A stretch of DNA of 64,000 nucleotides from Bradyrhizobium sp. Its GTDB lineage: Bacteria > Pseudomonadota > Alphaproteobacteria > Rhizobiales > Xanthobacteraceae. The stretch is from assembly GCA_052389815.1 (NCBI GenBank), contig JBQTHN010000005.1:112978-176977 (forward strand). The letters run 5' to 3'. Below are positions 10,921-20,083 of the stretch, piece after piece. Under the pieces are notes generated by a model. The model saw only the letters and a program-made list of their open reading frames with translations, had not been told where the DNA came from and made no database searches. The translations under genes were made by a program, and so were the position numbers. Positions within the stretch are counted from its first letter, which is position 1. Every line of letters begins with the position of its first letter.

Positions 10921-12338
10921 CTACCATTCCGCCGCCTCACGCGCCTCGAGGATAGATCCCTCGACGGGCACCATGACAAATTCCGCTTGGCTGTCTCGCT
11001 CTGCAAACGGCCGCGTAAGCGACGCGTAAAGGTGCCTGCTCAACGTTCGGAGCCAAGGCACAGCGAACCAGAGCAATGCGGCTGCCTGAAAGGCTGCACT
11101 GAGACCAAACGCAAACTGATACGCCATTACCGGATAATGACCGTCTTGAGGTGCCCATTGTCCGACAACAAGCCCGATCCCGTACTGAACCGCGAACGCC
11201 GAACCAAAATGTGCAAGGTTCAACGCCCCATTTGCTCGCGCGGCAAGGCCTTGCGGAAAATAATCGGCGATCATCGCATAGCTGAGAACTGTTGCCGCTC
11301 CCATAACTGACACGGCACACCAGGGCAGTAGCGATGGCATTGGCACCCGGAGAATAAGTGCAAGTTCGGCCGCAATGAACACCCCTGCCATGCCAGCTAT
11401 CAGGATTTCGGTTGTTGTGCCGCGTCTGCGTAGACGATCCGCCATCACGCCCAGCAGCAACGCTCCGAAACTGATTGCGAGAGCCATGATGAACAGCTGC
11501 GTCATGAGACTATGCCGATCAAGCCCTTCCACATCCGTAAGCCAGGGCGCAGCCCACAGAGATTGCAGGGCCCATGACGAGCCGATGCAGGCTGCCGACA
11601 GTGGCGCAAGTCTCAGGAATCTCGCGTCGGAATACACAGACCACAAAGTAAGCCGGGAGGTCGTCGACGCTGCTTCATTGCTGGAGCTTTCCGGTACGCC
11701 AAAGTAAGTGAAGGCAGCTACGGCGATCGTTGCAAAAGTCAGGACTTCGAAAAGACCTCGCCAACCGATCCAATCCAATACCCAATCGGTCGGTGCCGTT
11801 GCGGTGACGGCTCCAAGCGACCCCAGCATGATCATGCAGCCGTTGACGAGGGCGATACGCTCCCTGGGAAACCAGATGACCACGGCCTTGAGCCCTGCCA
11901 TCAATGAGGCTGCAACCCCAAGTCCTATCATGGCGCGCGCAACCAGAAGCTCCGAAAATCCCGTTGCGGTCCCGAACAGGGTCGCGCCGCCGGCCGCCAT
12001 CACCAGCAACACGCCCTGGACACGACGCGGTCCATACCTATCGAGAAGGACGCCAATGGGAATTTGGACACCTGCGAAGACGAGGAAATAGACCGATGCG
12101 AGCAGCCCGGTCTTTGCGGCATCAAGTCCAAATTCGGATGCCAGCGCTGGAGAGATGGAGGCGTTGATGGTTCGGAAGAGGAAGGAAAGATAATAGCCAG
12201 CGGCAAATGGGAGGAAGGCGGCCAGGATCAGGCGCCACCACTTCCGGCTCAGGTGATCATCGACGTGTTGACATTCATCCGCGTCCGGTTCGGTGCTTGT
12301 CGCCGCTCGTATTGCGTCTTCGTATCCAGCTTGATCAT
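10921..12338 (-). pseudogene. MFS transporter, apparently frameshifted near its 5' end
   Basis: The MFS frame (WWRLILAAFLPFAAGYYLSFLFRTINA..LLDRYGPRRV) extends upstream of the called ORF with no in-frame ATG/GTG/TTG. The coupled ATG at 12338 reads 29 codons to TGA at 12251-12249 in another frame. Confidence 0.7.
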
Positions 12339-13000
12339 GCCGGCCAGCAGAAGGCGTTCGGGAGGTGACGAAAGTTGGAATTGCTGCCGCCCTCCTGGGC
12401 GGCAGCGGATGATTCCTGCTTTATATTTGCATCGCCTCGCAAACCGGCGCCGTTTGGGGTGTCTGTCGGCTTGAGGTCGACTGTCTCATCCTGATCGAGT
12501 ATCGATTTCAAGCCGTTAAATCGTGTCGCATTGAGGCGATCGATCGTCTCCTGGATAAGCGAACGGTCCTGCTGAACCCGCTGATCGACTTGCTCGGCCA
12601 GGACCTTGAAGCGCTCATCACCGAGCTGGCAGGCTTCTCGCTGTTGCTGTTGCGACAGCGGCGGCATCACGGCGAGGTGATATCGCGCATGCAGCGCGAC
12701 CGTCTCAGCGATTGTCCGTAAATTGCGCTCCAGAGAATCGAATCGGGCGTGTATGTCGTCAAAACCGTCATGCACCGCATTTTCTGGAGGGCGCGGATTC
12801 AGAAATTGTGCAAGCGCAGCCTCCACGATCATGCTCTTGCCCACGCCCGGACGTTCAGTCGCAGCTTCGAGTTGCTCGTGAATCTTCTCGGTGATCCGGA
12901 CGGTTACCTTGCGGGTTGCCGCGGAATTCCGTTTGTGAGGTGGCGATTTTGCCACCGCGGCCTGGCTGGCCTCCAACTCGGGTTCGCCGCGGAGCTGCAT
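12335..13000 (-). CDS. Ribbon-helix-helix (CopG-like) protein, paralogue of the adjacent gene
   Basis: RKVTVRITEKIHEQLEAATERPGVGKSMIVEAALAQFLNP aligns with KVQLSIYLDPETLAGLEAFAKRHSKPKSLVAEAAIASFLSP of 13182-13643. Confidence 0.75.
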   Translation of the reverse strand: MQLRGEPELEASQAAVAKSPPHKRNSAATRKVTVRITEKIHEQLEAATERPGVGKSMIVEAALAQFLNPRPPENAVHDGFDDIHARFDSLERNLRTIAETVALHARYHLAVMPPLSQQQQREACQLGDERFKVLAEQVDQRVQQDRSLIQETIDRLNATRFNGLKSILDQDETVDLKPTDTPNGAGLRGDANIKQESSAAAQEGGSNSNFRHLPNAFCWPA

Positions 13001-13181
13001 TTTCGCTCTTCTCCGTACTCTGAGCGCACCGATCAAGGCCGCAACGATTGCGGTGCGACGGATTTTGCCAAGGGGTGATTGAGTCTGATGGAGGCAACAG
13101 AAGAGCAGCATCGTTGGCGCTGCAACCGTCGACGATAGCGATCGTACCTTGGCGTAGCGAAAGAAGGGATCGGCGGGCTGA

Positions 13182-13643
13182 TTAGCTCGCGCCGGCGCCG
13201 GCGTCGTCGTTGCCACGCACGGCGTTCTCCCCGTCGTGCGATTCGATACTCACCTCCTTCAGCATGGTCGACCCGCTGGATAGCCTCCGCCCGAGAGCTT
13301 CGACAAAACGATCATAGCGCTCCGCGCCCTTGGCGCGCGCTGCTGGGCTCGATTGCTCCGGCAGCGCTGGCGTTGACGTTAGCCAGAAGCGGATGAACAG
13401 CGCGATCGTCTCCAGCGTGACGGTATCGTTTCGTTCGAGCCGTTCGAGCACGCGCACGATCCGGTCTAGCCGCTTGGCGATCGCGGCCTCCCTTCGGTCG
13501 GATTCGTCGGGCGAAAGGAAGGAGGCGATGGCAGCCTCGGCGACCAGCGACTTGGGCTTGCTGTGACGCTTTGCGAAGGCCTCCAGGCCAGCGAGCGTCT
13601 CTGGATCGAGGTAGATGCTGAGCTGGACTTTTTTCATGCTCAC
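13182..13643 (-). CDS. RHH/CopG-family protein downstream of traG (msi031-like)
   Basis: N-terminal RHH; canonical position after the coupling protein in this ICE family. Confidence 0.85.
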   Translation of the reverse strand: MSMKKVQLSIYLDPETLAGLEAFAKRHSKPKSLVAEAAIASFLSPDESDRREAAIAKRLDRIVRVLERLERNDTVTLETIALFIRFWLTSTPALPEQSSPAARAKGAERYDRFVEALGRRLSSGSTMLKEVSIESHDGENAVRGNDDAGAGAS

Positions 13644-13647
13644 TAGC

Positions 13648-15624
13648 CTAGAGATCCATCGGATCGTCGGGGTCGATGGTGACGGAACGTGCGATGCCCT
13701 GCATCGAACGGCTCAGAGCCCTCGCCTGCACGGCATCGGCGTCACCATCATCCGGCGCGGCATCGAACTCGTTCTCAGCCAGCGGTACCCCAATGACGAC
13801 ATCCTCGTGTTGCGGCAGTTCGGGCTCACGGCGAATGCCACCGTTAGGATCACGGGACCTCCGCGTCACCTTCGCGAGGAGTTCGGCAGAGGGCGGGATT
13901 TGCGGACGGCCTGACCAATCGTCTGCCTGCGCGACCAGGGCGACCGGATTGGCGCGGGATGGATTCAAGACCCGGCGCTTTAGCTGCGTATCCTCATAGT
14001 ATCGGACCTTGCTGGCGCGCACGGGGTGCACCCCCGAGACCATTACAATCGCCTCGTTAGGTGAGAGCTGCATGACTTCCCCCGGTGTAAGCAGCGGCCG
14101 CGATGTTTCCTGGCGGCTGACCATGAGGTGCCCAAGCCAAGGGCTTAAGCGATGCCCGGCATAGTTCTTCATCGCGCGCATCTCGGTCGCGGTTCCAAGG
14201 GCGTCCGACACGCGTTTGGCGGTGCGCTCATCGTTGGTCGAAAAAGCGACCCGGATGTGGCAGTTGTCGAGGATAGCGTGGTTCGGCCCGTAGGCGCGTT
14301 CGAGCTGGTTCAGGCTCTGGGTGATCAGAAAGCTGCGAATGCCATAGCCTGCCATGAAGGCAAGCTGGCTCTCAAAAAAATCCAACCGTCCGAGCGCTGC
14401 AAACTCGTCGAGCATCAGAAGCAGCTTCTGTCGTCGCCGATCGGTGTCCAGGCTCTCGGTCAATCGCCGTCCGATCTGATTAAGCACAAGCCGCATCAGG
14501 GGTTTTGTGCGGGCGATGTCGGATGGCGGGACGACAAGAAAGAGCGAGATGGGCCGGGGTCCGTCAACGAGATCGCGGATGCGCCAGTCGCTCCGTCCCG
14601 TGACCTTGGCGACGACGGGATCGCGATAGAGCCCCAGGAAACTCATCGTGGTTGACAAAACACCTGAGCGTTCATTCTCGCTCTTGTTGAGGAGCTCGCG
14701 CGATGCCGAAGCCACCACGGGATGAACGCGCTCTCCGAGGTGCGGCGTCGCCAACATCGCATTCAGCGTCGTCTCGATCGGGCGTGACGGGTCAGACAGG
14801 AAGTTGGCGACGCCGGCGAGCGTCTTGTCGGCTTCAGCGTAAAGGACATGCAAAATCGCGCCAACCAGCAAAGAATGGCTGGTCTTCTCCCAATGATTGC
14901 GGCGCTCGAGCGCGCCTTCGGGATCGACGAGGATGTCTGCGATATTTTGGGCGTCCCGTACCTCACAGTCGCCTTTGCGGATCTCGAGGAGAGGGTTATA
15001 GGCCGCGCTTGCCTGGTTGGTGGGGTCGAACAGAAGCACGGGCCCAAAGCGCGCGCGCCAGCCCGAGGTGAGCTGGAAATTCTCGCCCTTGATGTCGTGA
15101 ACGATGGTGGAGTTCGGCCAAGTAAGAAGAGTCGGAATGACCAAGCCGACGCCCTTACCCGAACGGGTAGGAGCAAAGCAAAGGACATGCTCAGGGCCGT
15201 CGTGCCGGAGATATCGGCCATCAAAGCGGCCGAGCACGACGCCGTCGGTCCCCAGAAGGCCCGCCCGCCTGACCTCACGTGCGTCGGCCCAGCGCGCCGA
15301 GCCGTATGTGGTCACCTGCTGAGCTTCCTTTGCCCGCCAGACCGACAGCATGATCGCGATGCCGATAGCGGCGAACCCGCCGCTTGCGGCGATGCAGGCC
15401 CCCTCGATGAATATTTTTGGCGCGTAGGCGTCGAACTGGAACCACCAGATGAAGAAAGCAAGCGGCTGATAGATCGGCCAGCGCCCGACCATGAACCAGG
15501 CAGGTCCGAGCTGCGGTTGGTAGGCGAGACGCCAGGCCGTCCACTCGGTCGCCGTCCAAACAAAGGCGAGCACGACGATCGAGACAAGGAACAGCTGCCC
15601 CCAGAGTATCTTGGTCGCGGACAT
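13648..15624 (-). CDS. traG: TraG/VirD4 type IV coupling protein
   Basis: MSATKILWGQ; APTRSGKGVG, HDIKGEN, LLMLDEF motifs. Confidence 0.95.
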   Translation of the reverse strand: MSATKILWGQLFLVSIVVLAFVWTATEWTAWRLAYQPQLGPAWFMVGRWPIYQPLAFFIWWFQFDAYAPKIFIEGACIAASGGFAAIGIAIMLSVWRAKEAQQVTTYGSARWADAREVRRAGLLGTDGVVLGRFDGRYLRHDGPEHVLCFAPTRSGKGVGLVIPTLLTWPNSTIVHDIKGENFQLTSGWRARFGPVLLFDPTNQASAAYNPLLEIRKGDCEVRDAQNIADILVDPEGALERRNHWEKTSHSLLVGAILHVLYAEADKTLAGVANFLSDPSRPIETTLNAMLATPHLGERVHPVVASASRELLNKSENERSGVLSTTMSFLGLYRDPVVAKVTGRSDWRIRDLVDGPRPISLFLVVPPSDIARTKPLMRLVLNQIGRRLTESLDTDRRRQKLLLMLDEFAALGRLDFFESQLAFMAGYGIRSFLITQSLNQLERAYGPNHAILDNCHIRVAFSTNDERTAKRVSDALGTATEMRAMKNYAGHRLSPWLGHLMVSRQETSRPLLTPGEVMQLSPNEAIVMVSGVHPVRASKVRYYEDTQLKRRVLNPSRANPVALVAQADDWSGRPQIPPSAELLAKVTRRSRDPNGGIRREPELPQHEDVVIGVPLAENEFDAAPDDGDADAVQARALSRSMQGIARSVTIDPDDPMDL

Positions 15625-15713
15625 AGGCCCAGAAGCGCTCGCCCTGTGCACCCACGCAACGACCATATCTCTGGTGTCGCGGTCGCGCGCGCCGCAGCGC
15701 AGAGATCGGCGGG

Positions 15714-17441
15714 TCAGAGGGAAAGATCGCGCTTGCGTCCAAAGCTCCAGTCGACGCCGCCGGGACCGGCGATGCCGCTTACTTGCCTGCCAAGTTCGCG
15801 CTCAAGGGACGGTATCCATGGTACAAGCTGGAAGCCCAGGCCATTGTCGATCATGGCAAAGCGGCCGGAGGCAAGCGACAGCCGTCGGCGATAAATCCCC
15901 GAAATGGGCTCGCCTGCCTCGGCGGGCATATGCGCCAGCCCCGTTTCTTCAGCCAAACGCTCACCCGCTGAATCGAGCTCGCGGGTACGCAGGGTACTGA
16001 TAAGATTGCGGCCGATGATGACCTTGTCTCCGTCCCGGCGCACGAGGCCCCGTTCCGCCAGCGCATCAATCCGACGATCAAGCGCGCGGCGGACCTCGGC
16101 ACCGAAACCGGCTCGCGAGAGATCGGCAGGTTCGCGGGCAACGAGGCGCCGATCGAGCCAGGTCGCCCCTTCGGCCACTACCTGTTGGTCGAGGTTGAGG
16201 TCGGAGCGGACGGCAAGCGCGATCCGCGGCCGGCCCCTCGCATCCTCAAAACGACGGAGCTCCACAATGCCCCCGATCGGACCGTCGCCGGCTGTATCGA
16301 TGTCGGGGAGCTTCAGATGATGCACACGCCCGTCGATCCCGTCCACCACGGCAAACGCTGTTCCCCTTAACTCGTCATCCAGCCCGCGGGCGATGAGACG
16401 GCCGATCACGGGTCCGCCATGGCCTTCGCCCTCGATCGCCCAGGACGACGGCGCGCGAGATGTACCATCCCTGGCCAGGCTCCTGTGCAGCCGCTTGATG
16501 ATATCGCCGCGTTCCCCAAGTGCGCGCAAGCGCTGTTCGGCATCCGGCGCCAGAACCCAGCGCGCGGGCCCGGCCGGCTCAGCGAGTCCGAGCCGCTCAA
16601 GGGTCCGCATCCGACCAATCCGGATCTCCCGCAGCGGATCGCGCCCCGCGTCACGTTCGGGGCGAAGATCGACCACCCCTTCTGCCCTGCCCGCTTCCCG
16701 GGCAAGCACCCGATCGAGCCGCGTCCAGCGTTCGCTCGTGACCTCTGCCTCGAGACCGCGCCGCATCTCAAGCTCTGATCGCGGGCCGAGCTCACGGGTC
16801 ACGAGGTCACCTGCGCGCGCCCGAAAGCCGGACCCGATGTAGTCCCGGCTGATGACAAGGTCGGAACCGTCGTCCGCGCGGCCGCGCATAAGAATGTGGA
16901 TGTGAGGATGCTCGGTGTTCCAGTGATCGACGGCGACCCAGTCGAGCCGCGTGCCGAGATCGCGCGAGGCCTGATCCATGAGCTCGCGAGTAAAGCTCCG
17001 CAGGCTCTCTAGTTCGGCGGCATCATCCGGCGAGACGATGAACCGGAAATGATGCCGGTCGCCATCGCAGCGTTCCGCGAAAGCCCGGCCGTCTGCATCA
17101 TCCCCGGCAGCATCGAAGAGTTTGCCGGGCGATCCATCGCGCGCGACACCGTCCCGTTTGAGATAACCGATATGAGCCCGCAGTGCGCCAGGCGACCGCG
17201 TCCGGCGTACGACACGTGCCTTGACCATGGCGCCCCGGGCGCGGTTGTTGAGGAGCCGTGCCGCGGCAACGCTCGCCGCACGGCCGCGCCCGAAGGACCC
17301 ACTCCTAGTAACTCCGCCGTGTGAGAGACCGCCTGCCTTCTGCGCGGCTCTGAGGGCCTGCGCGAGAAACGATTTTGCCTTGGGCGCGCGCGTCGAACGG
17401 ATACGGCCTGGACGGATGCGGAAATCGTCGTTGCGGCTCAT
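15714..17441 (-). CDS. rlxS: MOBP/VirD2-like relaxase with DUF3363 C-terminus (RlxS-like)
   Basis: MSRNDDFRIRPGRI; catalytic Tyr region AHIGYLKRDG; HHFRFIVSPDD; HUH motif DHWNTEHPHIH. Confidence 0.92.
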   Translation of the reverse strand: MSRNDDFRIRPGRIRSTRAPKAKSFLAQALRAAQKAGGLSHGGVTRSGSFGRGRAASVAAARLLNNRARGAMVKARVVRRTRSPGALRAHIGYLKRDGVARDGSPGKLFDAAGDDADGRAFAERCDGDRHHFRFIVSPDDAAELESLRSFTRELMDQASRDLGTRLDWVAVDHWNTEHPHIHILMRGRADDGSDLVISRDYIGSGFRARAGDLVTRELGPRSELEMRRGLEAEVTSERWTRLDRVLAREAGRAEGVVDLRPERDAGRDPLREIRIGRMRTLERLGLAEPAGPARWVLAPDAEQRLRALGERGDIIKRLHRSLARDGTSRAPSSWAIEGEGHGGPVIGRLIARGLDDELRGTAFAVVDGIDGRVHHLKLPDIDTAGDGPIGGIVELRRFEDARGRPRIALAVRSDLNLDQQVVAEGATWLDRRLVAREPADLSRAGFGAEVRRALDRRIDALAERGLVRRDGDKVIIGRNLISTLRTRELDSAGERLAEETGLAHMPAEAGEPISGIYRRRLSLASGRFAMIDNGLGFQLVPWIPSLERELGRQVSGIAGPGGVDWSFGRKRDLSL

Positions 17442-17568
17442 CTTGCCCGCCGCAAGGTGTCGAAAACCGAGCAAGAACAGCGCCATGGCGAAACTCGCAA
17501 GTTGCGCCGGTCCTTCGCAATGTTCGGAGCATGATTGAGATTGCTGACATTTCCCAACCGACCGACCG

Positions 17569-17600
17569 GCCGCACCTTGCGGCTTTTATCCTGCCCTCCT
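17569..17600 (+). other. Candidate oriT: hairpin followed by a MOBP-type nic site TATCCTG^C (predicted nick 17593/17594)
   Basis: GCCGCA-CCT-TGCGGC inverted repeat (17569-17583), then TTTTATCCTGCCC matching the IncP-type YATCCTG^Y consensus, about 150 bp upstream of the relaxase start. Confidence 0.75.
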
Positions 17601-17682
17601 CGGTCGCTGGTTCCCAGGGCCCAACTTCCAAGCCAACAGACTGTCGGTACTCGCGGCGATTTGCGACAAAATGCAGTTCGGG

Positions 17683-18045
17683 TCATTGCGGTGGATCCTC
17701 CAATAGCGCCTGCCCGAAACGTCGGCTGGTGGCCGATTCATTGCGAAAGAGCCGCCGCGACTTGGCAGTTGACTTGCGAAGCGCCCCGCTTTTGCGAGCG
17801 AAGCGAGCGCTTGCGATAGCGATCGTTACCCGAAGGGCCGAGACACCCGTAGGGTGGCTCGGTGAGGAGCGAAGCGACGAGTAGAGCGCGGGCCGAAGGC
17901 ATCGCCCGTATGCCATCAGCACGTTGATATCGCACTCCGCCGCGAACGCTTGCCGCGTGAGTGAGGGTCCTTCAGTGGCAAACCCGAAGGTCTTAGCGTC
18001 ATGATCGTATTGCAGCGCCTCGAATGAAAACCGAATGTCCGTCAC
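17683..18045 (-). CDS. Small ORF whose first ~47 codons resemble a microvirus (gokushovirus-type) internal scaffolding protein; remainder probably read-through into oriT-region DNA
   Basis: EGPSLTRQAFAAECDINVLM resembles the recalled VP3 motif (PSLxQQxFxxECDINxI). The GTG start overlaps the slt stop (GTGA). Confidence 0.5.
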   Translation of the reverse strand: MTDIRFSFEALQYDHDAKTFGFATEGPSLTRQAFAAECDINVLMAYGRCLRPALYSSLRSSPSHPTGVSALRVTIAIASARFARKSGALRKSTAKSRRLFRNESATSRRFGQALLEDPPQ

Positions 18046-18767
18046 TGTGCGCCCGCGCGCTCAACAAACAGCGGAGCCTGCCGCGAAGGAACGACGCCGC
18101 TCGCGCCCGAAACATCACGCTCACGCTGCTCGGAGGCGAGCAACGGCGTGACAGCCGCGACGTAAGCCACAGTTTCTGATGGAAGTGCTCGGCCGGTTGC
18201 CAAGTGCTGCTCGTAGCGCAACTGACCCGCATGACACGCTGCCAGGAAACCAGCCGATCCGAAGCGATCATGCTTCTCTTTGAGGTACGCGGCTCCCGCC
18301 AAGATGTTGTCGCGCGGATCGAATGGGTCGAGACCTAGCCCATAGCGGAGGCTGAGTTGTACCCACGTGCCCGGCATGACTTGCATCAACCCCATTGCAC
18401 CGAGGCGAGACGTCGCACGTGCGTTGCCTCCGCTCTCAATCTGCATGACGACGCGGATCCAACGCGCGGGAACACGGAAGCGATCAGACGCTTCTGCGAT
18501 GAAGCCGGCGTATCGATCGAGCGGTTCAATACGCGACGCCAACTGTGCGCACGCCACTGTCCCGAGAAACGTCGAGGCCGCGACCACGCACATGCGCGGC
18601 GTAATCGCCGCAATGAGGCGTGCAATTGCGCGGATCATCTCCTCGCTGGCGATCGATCCCGGCAACTCACGGATATGACCTGCCCGGACGTTCAGATATG
18701 GCCGGGAAGGAGAGCAGAAGGGCCGGCCAAAAGCGGACGAGTGGGAGCAAGTGACGTGCACGATCAC
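18042..18767 (-). CDS. Lytic transglycosylase (SLT domain, msi107-like)
   Basis: VMQIESGG catalytic Glu, GAMGLMQVMPGTW, DPRDNILAG. The AYNAG motif reads ACHAG. Start uncertain. Confidence 0.88.
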   Translation of the reverse strand: MIVHVTCSHSSAFGRPFCSPSRPYLNVRAGHIRELPGSIASEEMIRAIARLIAAITPRMCVVAASTFLGTVACAQLASRIEPLDRYAGFIAEASDRFRVPARWIRVVMQIESGGNARATSRLGAMGLMQVMPGTWVQLSLRYGLGLDPFDPRDNILAGAAYLKEKHDRFGSAGFLAACHAGQLRYEQHLATGRALPSETVAYVAAVTPLLASEQRERDVSGASGVVPSRQAPLFVERAGAQ

Positions 18768-19273
18768 TCCTCGTCGGTCCAAACTGGCACCGCTTTGCCG
18801 ATGACTGCGGATGTGGGTATGGGCCCGAAGTACCGGCTATCGAGCGAGTCGAGCGACTGCCAATTCATGACAAAGAGTTCGCCGTCTCCGATGACGCGGC
18901 ATCCTTGCCAGTCTGGTAGCGGTCGGTTGCGGCCGTCGCGGCTGCGTGCCTGTCCCACTTCAAGACCATCAACGGCGATGGTGAAACCATTTCTGCAAAC
19001 GGTCTGTCCTGGCAAAGCCAAGACCCGCTTGAGCATCGGAACTCGCGAGGGCAAATAGCCATTCAGATCCAGGAATGCCGCGAGTGGATCGGGTGGCTGC
19101 ACGGCGACGAGTTCCGTTACGATCAACTGGCCCACGGGCTCGACACGATAAAGGCCGATTGGAACGCTATTCGAGACGTTCCATATGTAGCGTGGCGCCG
19201 TTCCTCCAATTGAGGAGAGGAGAAGAACCGTTGCTCCAAATGCCGTAAGAATGGTTCCACAACCGCCGCTCAT
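18764..19273 (-). CDS. traF: S26 peptidase, TraF pilin-processing protease
   Basis: WNVSNSVPIGLY, LKRVLALPGQTVCR, SLDSRYFGPIP. Confidence 0.9.
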   Translation of the reverse strand: MSGGCGTILTAFGATVLLLSSIGGTAPRYIWNVSNSVPIGLYRVEPVGQLIVTELVAVQPPDPLAAFLDLNGYLPSRVPMLKRVLALPGQTVCRNGFTIAVDGLEVGQARSRDGRNRPLPDWQGCRVIGDGELFVMNWQSLDSLDSRYFGPIPTSAVIGKAVPVWTDEE

Positions 19274-19734
19274 GGTTCGATCCTCCGACGATGGAGCCAC
19301 GCTTGATGGCGAGAGCGGGTGTATGGGCGAGGTGCTTCATTCACCGACAGGCGGTTGTGAACGTGATGCCAATAATCGGGGGCTGCATCGGAGGGATCGA
19401 TGCCGAGCGCCTCGACCGCATCGATCAATTGCAGCACGCGTTCGACCTTCGGCCAGCCCGTTAGCCTCAGCAAGATCTCGCCGCCGGGATTGATCCAGGG
19501 GACTGTCGAATAACGCTGCCCAGGCGCTACGGCACGCAAGATATCGACGCGGGAGAGAACGGTCCCGAAGTCGTTCGATGTCCAACGTACGAACGCAAAG
19601 ATGCTGCCAGGCGCGAAGGACAAAACGCGGCGGCTGCGATCCACAATCCGCTCGGAAACGGAACGGCCGAACCGTACGCGATTCTCAACGCGCTTTTCGA
19701 GCCACAGAATCTCAACTGTTGTTAGGTCGTTCAC
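19270..19734 (-). CDS. DUF2840 family protein
   Basis: LTTVEILWLEKRVENRVRFG..FAFVRWTSNDFGT..APDYWHHVHNRL. Confidence 0.88.
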   Translation of the reverse strand: MNDLTTVEILWLEKRVENRVRFGRSVSERIVDRSRRVLSFAPGSIFAFVRWTSNDFGTVLSRVDILRAVAPGQRYSTVPWINPGGEILLRLTGWPKVERVLQLIDAVEALGIDPSDAAPDYWHHVHNRLSVNEAPRPYTRSRHQAWLHRRRIEP

Positions 19735-20013
19735 GATCCACCTCCGCGTCGAGCGACATCCTGACGGTTCGAAGGCTGACCAGGCGCTCGCCCCTGCCCT
19801 ATGGGAGGCAGCAGGCCACGATCGTTGGGGAAATTGCTGATCGGATTAGTTTGCGATCCGAATGCCGAATTAATGCAAGCGACGCCGTCCGTCGCGCGTC
19901 GCCGATCGGCGCTCGACGCTTGAAGTCCGTTAGAAGGGAATCCGGAGGATTCCCTGTTAGTAAAGTTACGGAGTCGAAAAGATACAGTGTACCAGTACTT
20001 TGGGTCTGATTCC

Positions 20014-20077
20014 GGTCCCCGATAGCACGAGGATACGGTCCCTGATGGCACGACAGTTGTGGTCCCCGATAGCACGA
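20014..20077. repeat. Three 17-bp direct repeats (iteron-like) just downstream of repA
   Basis: GGTCCCCGATAGCACGA at 20014-20030 and 20061-20077; GGTCCCTGATGGCACGA at 20037-20053. Nearby hairpin GGGAATCC-GGA-GGATTCCC at 19936-19954. Confidence 0.8.
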
Positions 20078-20083
20078 GTGAAT

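Noticed and set aside
20014-20077. 17-bp triple repeat as a CRISPR array
   Set aside because: Spacers are only 6-7 bp and no cas genes are present; iteron-like instead.
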